Assembly (NCBI GenBank): GCA_963675595.2 | Contig: CAXXLZ010000002.1 | Location: forward strand, 2,464,001-2,528,000 | Direction of reading: 5' to 3' | Source of the DNA: Thermodesulfobacteriota bacterium | GTDB lineage: Bacteria; Desulfobacterota; Desulfarculia; JACQYL01 | Length of the DNA stretch: 64,000 nt | Shown: one piece after another, positions 28,673 through 38,665 of the stretch | Position numbering within the stretch: the stretch's first letter is position 1 | Layout of the letters: the number at the start of each line of letters is the position of its first letter | The notes under the pieces: generated by a model | Told to the model about the DNA's origin: nothing | Seen by the model: only the letters and a program-made list of their open reading frames with translations | Database searches by the model: none | Made by a program: the position numbers and the translations under genes

Positions 28673-28920
28673 TTGAGACAAGCGGCCGGGGGGCGCTTTT
28701 TTTGACTCACATCGTCGCCGGGGGAACACGGTTCCCCCGGACCCCCTTGCGGGCTCCGTCCCTGGCGGGACGAAGCCGATCCGGGCATTCAGGCTGCAAC
28801 GCGCTGCGAACGACCCGTTCAGCAAATCCTACGAAGGCTCGGGAAGAAGTAGTGCAACCGTACGCCTCGACGGCCGTTTCCTTTGTCCGGAAAGGCCGAG
28901 CCGCCTGAAATCACCGGGGA

Positions 28921-29532
28921 TCAACCCGCGGAAGGTTCCAGCGTTTCGAGGATCAGCCGTTTCAATCTTTCCACTCCCACGGCTTCCCGCCGGATGAAAG
29001 GCAGGCCGGTTCGCTCCACGGTGCGATGAACCGCTTCCGAAGCCTCTTCCAGATTCCCTAAGGAGTCCAGCACCACGATCCCGTCCAACATGGAATACAT
29101 TCCGCGATGCCCCTCACGGTCCTTCACCACATGCGTCTTGGCGAATTCAACGAAACCGGGGGTCAGGAACAGCAGTTTGTGCTCAGGATCGATTTCGAGC
29201 AGCCTTCCATGTCCGCCGAGCAGGCAATCGATGCAATTGAGCGCGTCCACTTTCACGGCCCCGAACTCCTCCATCAATGCCCGCATTTCCCCATGGAAGC
29301 CCAGGCACAGGTCGCCGTAAAGGATCACGGGCCGTTCACAGCCGCGCGCCTTCTCCTTCTGGATTGCACCTCGGAGTCCCTTTTCCAGCAATCCGTAGTC
29401 GGTATGTAGCGCAGACGGCAGATAACGTACCGGGAGCTCCAAATCCCCGGTCCGGATGAGTGCGTCCACTTCCTCACGCAGGATCCCGCAGGAAATGAGA
29501 CACGAAGAGACGGTCTTTTCGGGGGAAGGCAT
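28921..29532 (-). CDS. DUF1638-family protein
   Basis: SCGIL, SALH, LYGDLC and NCIDCLLGG motifs. Confidence 0.75.
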   Translation of the reverse strand: MPSPEKTVSSCLISCGILREEVDALIRTGDLELPVRYLPSALHTDYGLLEKGLRGAIQKEKARGCERPVILYGDLCLGFHGEMRALMEEFGAVKVDALNCIDCLLGGHGRLLEIDPEHKLLFLTPGFVEFAKTHVVKDREGHRGMYSMLDGIVVLDSLGNLEEASEAVHRTVERTGLPFIRREAVGVERLKRLILETLEPSAG

Positions 29533-29627
29533 GTGCTTTTTCTCCTTATTCCCGGCCGGCTTTTTTCAACGGGCTTTTGTGGGTACGATTAACGGGGGAG
29601 GGAACGTGAGCGGAAAGCCCCCCACCC

Positions 29628-29706
29628 GGGTTGCGACGCGCAAGCGAGCAACCCGCTCAGGAAGTTTTGGAGAGGGTCATGGAGAACCCATGCATGAATC
29701 CCCCGA
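29628..29706 (+). repeat. Intergenic repeat family B
   Basis: GGGTTGCGACGCGCAAGCGAGCAACCCGCTCAGGAAGTTTTGGAGAGGG. Confidence 0.7.
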
Positions 29707-29746
29707 CTGAATCGGGTCCTTCGGCCCCCCCTGCGGACGCGGGAGA

Positions 29747-30742
29747 TCAAGAAGCCGACGCCGCGTGCACGAAGACTCTCAGGTTTTCGATCTTGGCGGG
29801 AGGGTAGACGTCCGGCGGAGGCAGGACCACATGGGCTCCCCGGTCCAGAGCCTCCCGCACGACTCCCGCCACTTCGTCGCCGGTTCCGCGTGCCAGGAGG
29901 GTATATTGCCCGTAGATGGCGAACAGAGGCATGCCCTCGGGCAACCGTTCCCGCGTGGCCGCGATATCGCTTTCCTGGTCGATGCCCATGCCGTCGGGTT
30001 CGCATTCGAGCATGAGATCCAGCACCTTTCCCGTATGACCCGTAAGGGAAAGGAGCATGGGGCCGCGTTTCTCCGCAAACAAAGATTTGAGGTGCGGGAG
30101 CAGAAGATTTCGGAATACTTTGGGGGACACGGACGTTGCGGCTCCGTCCTCCACGGTGACGAACTCCGCCCCGGCTTGGACATAAAGGTCCCTGAGCCGC
30201 CGGAGAAACTCGGAGAGGCGAGCGATGATCGCTTCGGCACCGGCGGGATTCTTGAGCGTCATCACGAAAAAACGGTCCACGTCCATTACTTGCCCCGCCA
30301 AGGTGAACGGACCGGTGAGAAACATGCCCACGGCGCCCCGACCTTGTGATTCTTTTTTCGCCCGGTTCAGAGCTTCGAGAATCACAGGGATTCGCCCCGC
30401 TTCGGAGAGATCGTCCGGCACGACCAAGTCGTCGGCGCTTTGCACCGGTCGCTCCCTGATGGTGGGATAGATGGGGTTGCCGTCGATGGCCTCATGATAT
30501 TGCACCACCGCTCCCAGGACCTCGGCTTCCACGTTGAGATCGAAGGGCAAAGCGGTTCCTTCGAAACCGAGATCGAGCATGGACGTCGCCGCCTCGGCCA
30601 TGGCCCCCGCTTCCTGCAAAACCCGATTGAATTCCAGGTTCCGCTCCCGGAGCAGGGCCAGGGGGAGGTAAGGCATGGGGCAGAATACGGATCTCCGGCC
30701 TTTGCGATATCGGTTCATCAGGTCCGTCAAGGGATGGGTCAT
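29747..30742 (-). CDS. Uroporphyrinogen-decarboxylase-family / MtaA-CmuA-like methyltransferase homolog
   Basis: PFDLNVEAEVLG, GRIPVILEA, GPFTLA and SPKVFR motifs. Confidence 0.8.
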   Translation of the reverse strand: MTHPLTDLMNRYRKGRRSVFCPMPYLPLALLRERNLEFNRVLQEAGAMAEAATSMLDLGFEGTALPFDLNVEAEVLGAVVQYHEAIDGNPIYPTIRERPVQSADDLVVPDDLSEAGRIPVILEALNRAKKESQGRGAVGMFLTGPFTLAGQVMDVDRFFVMTLKNPAGAEAIIARLSEFLRRLRDLYVQAGAEFVTVEDGAATSVSPKVFRNLLLPHLKSLFAEKRGPMLLSLTGHTGKVLDLMLECEPDGMGIDQESDIAATRERLPEGMPLFAIYGQYTLLARGTGDEVAGVVREALDRGAHVVLPPPDVYPPAKIENLRVFVHAASAS

Positions 30743-30987
30743 ACGCGGGCTCCTCGGATGATCACCTAAAGCCTGTTGGTCGAAAAGCGAATCGCCAACG
30801 ACCAATTTGGATGACGGGAAGCAGCCTGTCAACCCTGCCCGCGCCGCACCCACTCCCGATCGCGCGGACCGGAATCCGGATCACCCGGCCTCAGCCGCAG
30901 CTTTCCTCGGCTTGGAATTTGTGCGAAACTGATGCCCGATGCATAACACAGACGGACCGTTGGACCGACGAACCTCCGGATATCACC

Positions 30988-31434
30988 GTGCAGACCTTTC
31001 TACCTTATGCGGATTTTGACCGTTCCGCCCGTTGCCTGGATTCCCGAAGACTCGGGAAACAACGCGTGGAAGCGCTGACGTTGCTGAACATCCTTGAATC
31101 CAGGACCGTCACCAAAGGCTGGAGAAACCATCCGGCCCTGCATATGTGGCAAGGGTACGCCGAGGCCCTCAAGCTCTATCTGAACGCATGCATCAACGAA
31201 TGGCTGCGGCGAGGATTTGTCAACCGGATTCCTTTGGAAGAGGTGGATAAGGACCGGTTGGTGATGCCTTGGTGGCTCGGGCGGGACGAATTCCATGCCT
31301 CCCACCGAGCCAACCTGCTGCGCAAGAACCCGGATTTCTACGGCGAATACGGGTGGACGGAAAACCCGGACACGCCTTACTGGTGGCCCACGCGTCACCT
31401 GAACCTGAAATCATCCGATGATTCCGTGAAATAA
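30988..31434 (+). CDS. MSMEG_6728 / pyrimidine-dimer DNA glycosylase-like protein
   Basis: QTFLPY, LDSRRLGKQRVE, HPALHMW and HASHRANLLRK motifs. Confidence 0.85.
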   Translation: MQTFLPYADFDRSARCLDSRRLGKQRVEALTLLNILESRTVTKGWRNHPALHMWQGYAEALKLYLNACINEWLRRGFVNRIPLEEVDKDRLVMPWWLGRDEFHASHRANLLRKNPDFYGEYGWTENPDTPYWWPTRHLNLKSSDDSVK

Positions 31435-31495
31435 CCGCGAAGCACGGATTTTCGATCCGCGTCTCAATCGCTCGTCTACGCGGATCACCTTTTCT

Positions 31496-31525
31496 TTGAC
31501 ACCGCTTTCCCACCCTACGTATACT
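31496..31525 (+). promoter_or_regulatory. Sigma70-like promoter of the CODH operon
   Basis: TTGACA-18 bp-TATACT about 55 bp upstream of ATG 31579. Confidence 0.55.
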
Positions 31526-31578
31526 GTTTCCAGCTCAACACATTACGATCATCTCACCTTTCCATGTGAGGACCGCCC

Positions 31579-32808
31579 ATGAGGCACGTGATCATCGGTA
31601 ACGGTGTGGCGGGTGTCCATGCGGCCGAGACCATCCGGCACCTCGACCCCCAGGCTTCCATTACCATCATTGCCGGAGAGATTTTCCCTCCCTATTGTCG
31701 GCCCATGATCAGCTTGGTACTCGAAGGCAGTGTTCAACCGAAACAACTCCCCATCCGAGCTCCGGACTTCTATTCCAGACTGGACATCGAACCCATGACC
31801 GGGACCCGGGTTTCGGAAATCGACGTGGACAACCGGGAAGTGCGCACGAGCCGCAATGATCGGGTGGCTTACGACCGGTTGCTTATCGCGTCGGGCGCCG
31901 AACCGAGACCCCTCAACGTTCCCGGAACCGAACTCCGGAACATCTTTTTCATGCGGTCCGAAGGCCACGTGAACGGAATGATCGAGGCCTTGGAGAACGC
32001 CCGTCACGTGTTGATCCTGGGAGGCGGCCTGGTGGGATTCAAGGCGGCCTACGGGTTTCTCCACCGTGGCGTGGAAGTCACCATGCTCATCAAATCCGCT
32101 TACCCCCTTTCCATGCAGGTGGATCCCGAAGCCGGAGGCATGGTGCTCGACGAGTTGGTGCGGCACGGGTTGCACGTGCGCGTGGGCGTCGAGGTTACGG
32201 CTTTTGAAGGAATTGCCTCCGTGGAGCGGGCCCTTCTGTCCGACGGGTCCACCTTGCCGTGCGACATCGCGGTGATCGGCAAGGGCGTATTCCCCGCCAC
32301 GTCCTTTATACCCACCGACCGCATCCACAAAGACCTGGGCCTTTTGGTGAACGAACACTTGGAAACGGACGTGCCCGACGTCTTCGCCGCGGGAGATGTG
32401 GCCGAATATTTCGACGTGGCGCGCGACCGCCGCTGGGTAAACGCCATCTGGCCCGTTGCCGTGGAACAGGGTCGCATTGCGGGGTTCAACATGGCCGGAC
32501 GACCCGTGACTTACCTCGGCAGTCTCGGGCGGAACGTCATTCGGGTTTTCGATCTGGACGTACTCAGCGCGGGCGTGGTGGAACCGCCTGAAGAGGACGG
32601 CTGCGAGGTGATGGTCCATCGAGACCTTAACCGGCGTTTCTACCGGAAGCTCGTGTTCCGGCAGGACAGGCTGGTGGGCATGGTATTGGTCAACCGCATT
32701 GAGCAAGGCGGTGTGCTGGTATCCTTGATCCAACAACAAAGACCCATTCTCAAAGACAAAGAACGGTTGTTGAACCCGCGTTTCAACGTGGCCCAGTTAA
32801 CTTTGTGA
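31579..32808 (+). CDS. FAD-dependent NAD(P)H oxidoreductase (FNOR) associated with CODH
   Basis: IIGNGVAG, ILGGGLVG and FAAGDVAE motifs. Confidence 0.9.
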   Translation: MRHVIIGNGVAGVHAAETIRHLDPQASITIIAGEIFPPYCRPMISLVLEGSVQPKQLPIRAPDFYSRLDIEPMTGTRVSEIDVDNREVRTSRNDRVAYDRLLIASGAEPRPLNVPGTELRNIFFMRSEGHVNGMIEALENARHVLILGGGLVGFKAAYGFLHRGVEVTMLIKSAYPLSMQVDPEAGGMVLDELVRHGLHVRVGVEVTAFEGIASVERALLSDGSTLPCDIAVIGKGVFPATSFIPTDRIHKDLGLLVNEHLETDVPDVFAAGDVAEYFDVARDRRWVNAIWPVAVEQGRIAGFNMAGRPVTYLGSLGRNVIRVFDLDVLSAGVVEPPEEDGCEVMVHRDLNRRFYRKLVFRQDRLVGMVLVNRIEQGGVLVSLIQQQRPILKDKERLLNPRFNVAQLTL

Positions 32809-32842
32809 GTTTCTCCAACGTAAGCGTAAGGAGGCCGTATCC

Positions 32843-33454
32843 ATGAAAGAGGTCATCGTCCATCCCGAACGCTGCGTGGGCTGTATGCAGTGCATGGCCG
32901 CATGCGCAACGGCCCATTCCAGAAGCGGAAACCTCCTTTCGGCCATCTGCGAAATCCCCATCCCCAAGTCCCGCGTCCACGTGGCCCCGGGACTCTACGA
33001 TGAAGGATTTCCCAATCGATGCCGTCATTGCGATCCCGCGCCTTGCGAGTTGGCCTGTCTGCCCGGAGCGATTTCACGAGATCGTCGCACCGCCACGGTG
33101 CTCATCGATCCGGACCGATGCATCAACTGCGCATCCTGCGCCATGGCTTGCCCCTTCGGCGTCATCCGTTACCACGAAACCTGTGCCGCGCCCGCGGGGA
33201 AAACCGTGGCGGTGAAGTGCGACAACTGTGTCCAACGACAGGCGCAAGGCAAGATCCCGGCTTGTGTGGAAATCTGCAAAACGGGCGCACTCACCTTCGA
33301 GGAGAAGAGTGAGGCCCTCCGGAGAAGGACGAAGGAAATGGCCATGCGGGTTTCCATAGGGGCTGATCAGAGAGAAATCCCGGGAGCCGAAGGTTTCGTC
33401 TTATTGAACGCCCTCAAGAGGTCCCGGAAGGAAGTGGGCGCATCCGAACTCTAA
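32843..33454 (+). CDS. cooF: 4Fe-4S electron-transfer subunit CooF
   Basis: Four Cys clusters (CVGCMQCMAAC, CRHC..APC, CINCASCAMACP, KCDNC...PACVEIC); immediately upstream of cooS. Confidence 0.88.
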   Translation: MKEVIVHPERCVGCMQCMAACATAHSRSGNLLSAICEIPIPKSRVHVAPGLYDEGFPNRCRHCDPAPCELACLPGAISRDRRTATVLIDPDRCINCASCAMACPFGVIRYHETCAAPAGKTVAVKCDNCVQRQAQGKIPACVEICKTGALTFEEKSEALRRRTKEMAMRVSIGADQREIPGAEGFVLLNALKRSRKEVGASEL

Positions 33455-33581
33455 TGCCGCCGGGAAAAAAGGCGGTGATGAAGTCCCGGAGGAAAGCGTC
33501 GCCCTCACGGACAACCTGAAGGAACATCCAAAGCGTGTGGGCGTATCGGAAAGCTAAGGCATCCATGAAGGAGGCACGGCG

Positions 33582-35477
33582 ATGAAATCCCGAGATTCGA
33601 AATTCGATTTGCGCACCATCACCAATGACGGTCGTCTTATGCTCGAAAAGGCCGAGCGGGACGGAATCCAAACCGTCTGGGACCGCCACGAAGCCCAACA
33701 GCCCCAATGCGGATACTGCGAAATGGGGCTTAGTTGCAGAATTTGCTCCATGGGACCCTGTCGGATCGATCCGTTCGGTGAGGGTCCGCAACAAGGGGTG
33801 TGCGGCGCTGATGCCGACATCATTGTGGCGAGGAACCTGGGACGCATGATCGCCGCCGGTGCAGCCGCCCATTCCGATCACGGTCGAGACCTGGTGGAGG
33901 TGCTGCTCAAGGTGGGGGAAGGCGTGGCCAAAGGCTACGCAATCAGCGACCCGGAGAAGTTGCGTCGTCTTGCCGGTGAGTACGGAGTGGCCACGGACGG
34001 CAAGGACGATGCGACCCTGGCTGCGGAACTGGCCTATGCCATGCAGGAGGATTACGGGACTCGCAAGGACGGTCTCCGACTCATCTCCCGGGCTCCTGCG
34101 AAGAGACGGGAGCTATGGAAAAAAATCGGCGTCACACCGAGGGGCATCGACCGCGAAACCTCCGAAATGATGCACCGTACTCACATGGGCGTGGACAACG
34201 ACTGGATCAGCCTTCTCCTGCACGCCTCACGAAACGCTTTGTCCGACGGGTGGGGCGGATCCATGATCGCCACGGAGGTATCCGACATCCTCTTCGGCAC
34301 GCCCAAACCCGTGGCGTCCACCGTGAACCTGGGCGTGCTCAAGGAAAACATGGTCAACGTTGTGGTGCACGGGCATAATCCGGTGGTTTCCGAAACCATC
34401 CTGGCTGCCTGTAACGATCCCGACCTGGTTAAATTTGCCAAGGAAAAAGGCGCCGAGGGAATCAACCTCGTGGGACTCTGCTGCACGGGCAACGAACTGC
34501 TCATGCGGCACGGAGTGCCCATGGCGGGGAACCACCTGATGACGGAACTGGTGCTGATGACCGGAGCGGCGGAAATGATGCTGGTGGATTACCAGTGCAT
34601 CATGCCGTCTTTGGGTTCCGTGGCCGCCTGTTACCATACCCGCATGATCTCCACCAGCGACAAAGCCAAGTTTCCGGGTATGGAGCACCACGAATTCCAT
34701 CCGGAAAACGCGGCGGACCTGGCCCGCAAGTTGATCCGGGAAGCGGTGGAGAACTTCTCGAGGAGGAACCCGGACAAGGTTTACATTCCCGTGGAACCCG
34801 TGCGGCACATGGCGGGATTTTCCGTGGAAGCCGTTGTCGCCGCCTTGGGTGGAACACCCGGCCCTCTTTTGGATGCGATCAAGGCGGGGAAGATCCGGGG
34901 AGCGGCCGGCGTGGTGGGATGCAACAATCCCAAGATCCGGCACGATTACGGCCACACGGTGCTGACCCGGCGGTTGATCGAAAACGACGTATTGGTGGTG
35001 GACACGGGGTGCGCCGCGGTGGCCAACGCCAAAGCCGGTCTCGCCGTACCTGAAGCCGCCGACCTGGCCGGTCCCGGTCTCAAGGAAGTCTGTCGTGCGC
35101 TGGGCATTCCTCCGGTCCTCCATTTCGGAAGCTGCGTGGACAACGTACGGATCCTGGTGCTCGCCTCGGCTCTGGCCGACGCTCTGGGCACGGACATCAG
35201 CGACCTGCCCTTGGCGGGAGCCGCTCCGGAATGGTACTCGGAAAAAGCCCTGTCCATCGGACTCTATTTTGTGGCCTCGGGGGTATACACCGTGGTGGGA
35301 CCCACGCCTCCGGTCACGGGCAGCCTGAATGTGGTGAAACTCCTCACCGAAAGCTTGAACGACGTGATGGGTGCCTGTTTCGCCGTGGAGCCGGACCCTG
35401 AAAAGGCGGCGATACTCATGCGAAGGCACATCGAATCCAAGCGCAAGGCCCTTGGATTGCCTTCCATCAACGTCTAG
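33582..35477 (+). CDS. cooS: Anaerobic Ni,Fe carbon-monoxide dehydrogenase catalytic subunit
   Basis: CRICSMGPC B-cluster; HSDHGR; C-cluster ligands HGHNP, LCCTG, YQCI, GCNN, TGCA and GSCVD; SEKA. Confidence 0.96.
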   Translation: MKSRDSKFDLRTITNDGRLMLEKAERDGIQTVWDRHEAQQPQCGYCEMGLSCRICSMGPCRIDPFGEGPQQGVCGADADIIVARNLGRMIAAGAAAHSDHGRDLVEVLLKVGEGVAKGYAISDPEKLRRLAGEYGVATDGKDDATLAAELAYAMQEDYGTRKDGLRLISRAPAKRRELWKKIGVTPRGIDRETSEMMHRTHMGVDNDWISLLLHASRNALSDGWGGSMIATEVSDILFGTPKPVASTVNLGVLKENMVNVVVHGHNPVVSETILAACNDPDLVKFAKEKGAEGINLVGLCCTGNELLMRHGVPMAGNHLMTELVLMTGAAEMMLVDYQCIMPSLGSVAACYHTRMISTSDKAKFPGMEHHEFHPENAADLARKLIREAVENFSRRNPDKVYIPVEPVRHMAGFSVEAVVAALGGTPGPLLDAIKAGKIRGAAGVVGCNNPKIRHDYGHTVLTRRLIENDVLVVDTGCAAVANAKAGLAVPEAADLAGPGLKEVCRALGIPPVLHFGSCVDNVRILVLASALADALGTDISDLPLAGAAPEWYSEKALSIGLYFVASGVYTVVGPTPPVTGSLNVVKLLTESLNDVMGACFAVEPDPEKAAILMRRHIESKRKALGLPSINV

Positions 35478-35505
35478 GGGCCCGTTGAGAATGCCCGATA
35501 TCACC

Positions 35506-35629
35506 GACCGGTGGAAAAAACCGGGGTATTCAAGGCGCCGAGTCCTGGGGAACGAGGCTGCAAAGGAATACCTTGCGCAGTGACGAGGGCTGAATTGCAG
35601 CGCTGCGGAGCGCATTTTTCGCCGGTCTG
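35506..35629. repeat. Intergenic repeat family C (CAAGGCGC...GAGG...GCAGTGACGAGG type) with terminal inverted arms
   Basis: GACCGGTGGAAAAA ... TTTTTCGCCGGTC arms; related to 54157-54245 and probably 57711-57756. Confidence 0.5.
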
Positions 35630-35745
35630 TTGAGGGCTTTTTATTTGCTTCGAGCGAACCGACGGTTATATTTATTACTTGGGGCCGGGGGAGATGGTTT
35701 TCCCCCGGCGCTTTGTTTCCGGAATCCGATTTCAGTAACGGGAAT

Positions 35746-37080
35746 GCCATGGCACGCGACGAACGACCGAAAATGCTCTTTGCCGATGGGGACGGACGTA
35801 TTTACGACCATCCGTACCTGGAAATGGCGGGGTTCGACGGCTCCCGGAATGTCAGGACCAGACTTGATGCGTTGACCGTGGTTCCGGAATTCAGCAAGCT
35901 GTTTTACCTGCCGGGTCGCTTTCCCGTGGGTTACGACCGACGTAAGGGAAGGCTGCAGGAGGTGCGGGAAATACGGATCGGACGTCGGCGGATCAAGTGC
36001 CATGCCGTAGCCGCATTTCCGGAGCCCGGTTTCGCTCGAACGCTCCTGCCGGCCGCAGATTATTCGGTGACGGAGCCGTTGCTGCCCTTGTGGGCCTATA
36101 CGGCCGTGGGATCCATCGGAGACGACTACGTAATGGCCGCTTTTCGGGTGGAGTACAATCCTACCTGGGATCCCGCCAATTTTGACGACCGGGAGCTGGT
36201 GCCCGTGATGCAGGAACGGCTCCGGGGGAACGAAAACAGGTTGGTGCGCCACCTGGCCGATTGCGCAACGGTGAATCACTGCTTCGCGGCCAAGAATTAC
36301 TTTCTGGGGCGATGGGAGGCTCCCCTTCCCGTCAGTCGCACCTGCAACGCCCGGTGCCTGGGATGCCTGTCCCTTCAAAGCAAAGAGTCGTGCGAGGCCT
36401 CCCACGAGCGAATTCAGTTTCGACCCACGGTGGACGAAGTGGTGGAAACGGCCCTCCCCCATCTGATCAAAGCGGAGGGAGCCATTGTGAGCTTCGGTCA
36501 GGGATGCGAGGGAGAACCGCTCACCGAGGCCCGTCTCATTGAAAGCTCCGTAAGAGAGCTCAGGCGAAGAACGTCGCGAGGGGTCATCAATCTAAACACC
36601 AACGGAAGCCTGCCCCTTGAAGTGGAAAAGATATTAGACGCGGGGCTCGATTCCATCCGAGTCAGTCTCAACAGCGCCCGCCCCAAGGTCTATCACGCCT
36701 ACTACAGGCCCAACGGCTATTCCTTTCAGGAAGTTCGTCGTTCCATCGAGCTTTGCGCCGAGCGGGGAATATTCACCATGCTGAACTATCTGATCTTCCC
36801 CGGCGTGACGGACGATGAGGCCGAGCTGTCCGCATTGTTCAGCCTCATCGAGGAAACGGGAGTCAAGTTCATACATTATAAGAATCTGTGCATCGATCCC
36901 GGCCGATATCTCCGTTTAGTGCCCCTTGACGGACCTCGAATAGGCATGGCAACGGCCTATCACCGTCTCAGAGAATCTTTTCCCGGCGTTGGAATCGGGT
37001 ATTTCAACCAACTCGCGGAGAACGGGAAGGATCGTGACTCATGCCCGGCACACGACGGGCCCGCCGGCGGTTCTTGTTGA
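35746..37080 (+). CDS. Radical SAM protein
   Basis: CNARCLGC motif; SFGQGCEGEPL; NLNTNGS. Confidence 0.88.
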   Translation, partial: AMARDERPKMLFADGDGRIYDHPYLEMAGFDGSRNVRTRLDALTVVPEFSKLFYLPGRFPVGYDRRKGRLQEVREIRIGRRRIKCHAVAAFPEPGFARTLLPAADYSVTEPLLPLWAYTAVGSIGDDYVMAAFRVEYNPTWDPANFDDRELVPVMQERLRGNENRLVRHLADCATVNHCFAAKNYFLGRWEAPLPVSRTCNARCLGCLSLQSKESCEASHERIQFRPTVDEVVETALPHLIKAEGAIVSFGQGCEGEPLTEARLIESSVRELRRRTSRGVINLNTNGSLPLEVEKILDAGLDSIRVSLNSARPKVYHAYYRPNGYSFQEVRRSIELCAERGIFTMLNYLIFPGVTDDEAELSALFSLIEETGVKFIHYKNLCIDPGRYLRLVPLDGPRIGMATAYHRLRESFPGVGIGYFNQLAENGKDRDSCPAHDGPAGGSC

Positions 37081-37277
37081 AACACGGCCGCCGCATTCTC
37101 CAACAGCCCCTTTAGGGTTGGAAACGGCCGTTCATCCCATGAACGGCGCCGAATGAAAACATGGGCGTCCGTGCTCGCCGGTCCGAGGCCGGTCGCCTTC
37201 CATCGAAGAGTGTTCCCGCCGATCCGATCAAGCATCGCTCCGGAGCCGGTTGGGATCAAAGAAAGGTTGCATGACCC

Positions 37278-38168
37278 ATGACGCAAATTCCGGACGGTAT
37301 GCATTATGAAGGCACTCTGATTCGGCCGCCGAGCGAGGCCTATAGTATTCTGCTCCAGGCCACGTTGGGCTGCAGTCACAACAAATGCACATTCTGTGGA
37401 ACTTATACGGATAAACGTTTCGACATTAAAGACGAAGAAACCATTCTGAGCGATCTGACCTTTGCGTCTCACTACTGTAAGCGGCAGGACCGCCTGTTCA
37501 TTATGGATGGAGACGCCCTGATCATGCCTCAGAAAAAACTTGTATGGTTGTTGGACAAGATCCGCGAGATGCTTCCGTGGGTCCGGCGAGTGGGCGCTTA
37601 CGCCAATGCCAAAGCGGTGAAGCTCAAGTCCGATGAGGAGCTGTCGATCCTCCGCGAAAAGGGGCTGGGAATTCTCTACTACGGCGTGGAAAGCGGCGAC
37701 GCGGAGACCTTGAAGCGTGTCAAGAAGGGCACGAATCCCGAAACGCTTCTTCGCGGAGGCAGGAGAATTGTTGAGGCGGGAATCAAGCTCAGCGTCACCG
37801 TACTTCTGGGAATCGCCGGCAAAGAGCGGTCCCTGGAACACGCTCGAGCCACGGGTGAACTACTGTCCGCCATGGACCCGGATTACGTCGGTGCGCTGAC
37901 GATCATCCTCATTCCCGGCACCGAATTGTGGGAGGAGTATCAACAGGGCTCCTTTCACCCGCCGGAAACATTTGAACTGCTGAGAGAGCTTCGCGAAATG
38001 ATCGCCTACACGAATTTAAGCGGCGGTCTGTTCTTCTCCAACCACGCGTCCAATTACCTACCCGTGAAGGCCCGCCTTCCGCGGGACAAGGAAAAGGCGC
38101 TGAGTCTGATCGATCAGGCGCTGGAGGGCCAAGTGGAGTTGAAGCCGGAATGGATGCGGGCTCTCTGA
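37278..38168 (+). CDS. Radical SAM protein
   Basis: RPPSEA, GCSHNKCTFC, GVESG and SNHASNYL motifs. Confidence 0.9.
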   Translation: MTQIPDGMHYEGTLIRPPSEAYSILLQATLGCSHNKCTFCGTYTDKRFDIKDEETILSDLTFASHYCKRQDRLFIMDGDALIMPQKKLVWLLDKIREMLPWVRRVGAYANAKAVKLKSDEELSILREKGLGILYYGVESGDAETLKRVKKGTNPETLLRGGRRIVEAGIKLSVTVLLGIAGKERSLEHARATGELLSAMDPDYVGALTIILIPGTELWEEYQQGSFHPPETFELLRELREMIAYTNLSGGLFFSNHASNYLPVKARLPRDKEKALSLIDQALEGQVELKPEWMRAL

Positions 38169-38665
38169 TGGCACCCTTTGACGGCTCCTTTGACTCGGTC
38201 TTGGCGGATAAAGGAGGCCTTTCGCCTTTCCATGGAGAACCAGCCGCCCAAACCGCCCTTATTTTCATCTTCGGAAGGTGAGAACGGCGGCCTTAAACCG
38301 TTTCTGGAAAGTCGCCGTCTAAATGAGTGTATGCTTGGTGGATATTGTGGGTATATCGGAAGCATTGCATTACAAACTTAAGTACACTTGTAATGCACCT
38401 CATTTTATCATAAGCAAGCACTGGATAGAACATGGGGAATTCCAACAACACCCGACATACTACTTGAAATACATTTGCCTTCTTGGTATGATGTTATGCA
38501 TAAAGGTGGGTTGTTTAAGATTTACTATTTTTCAGTGGAACCCCATCGGGGATATTAAGAAACGTAATCCACAGTCACGAACGACGGGAGCGTGGCTCCG
38601 TCGAAAAAGCCTCCAAGTTCCTCCGAACAGCGGCGACCCGAGTCGGAGGCGAGAAGTCGATTTCC

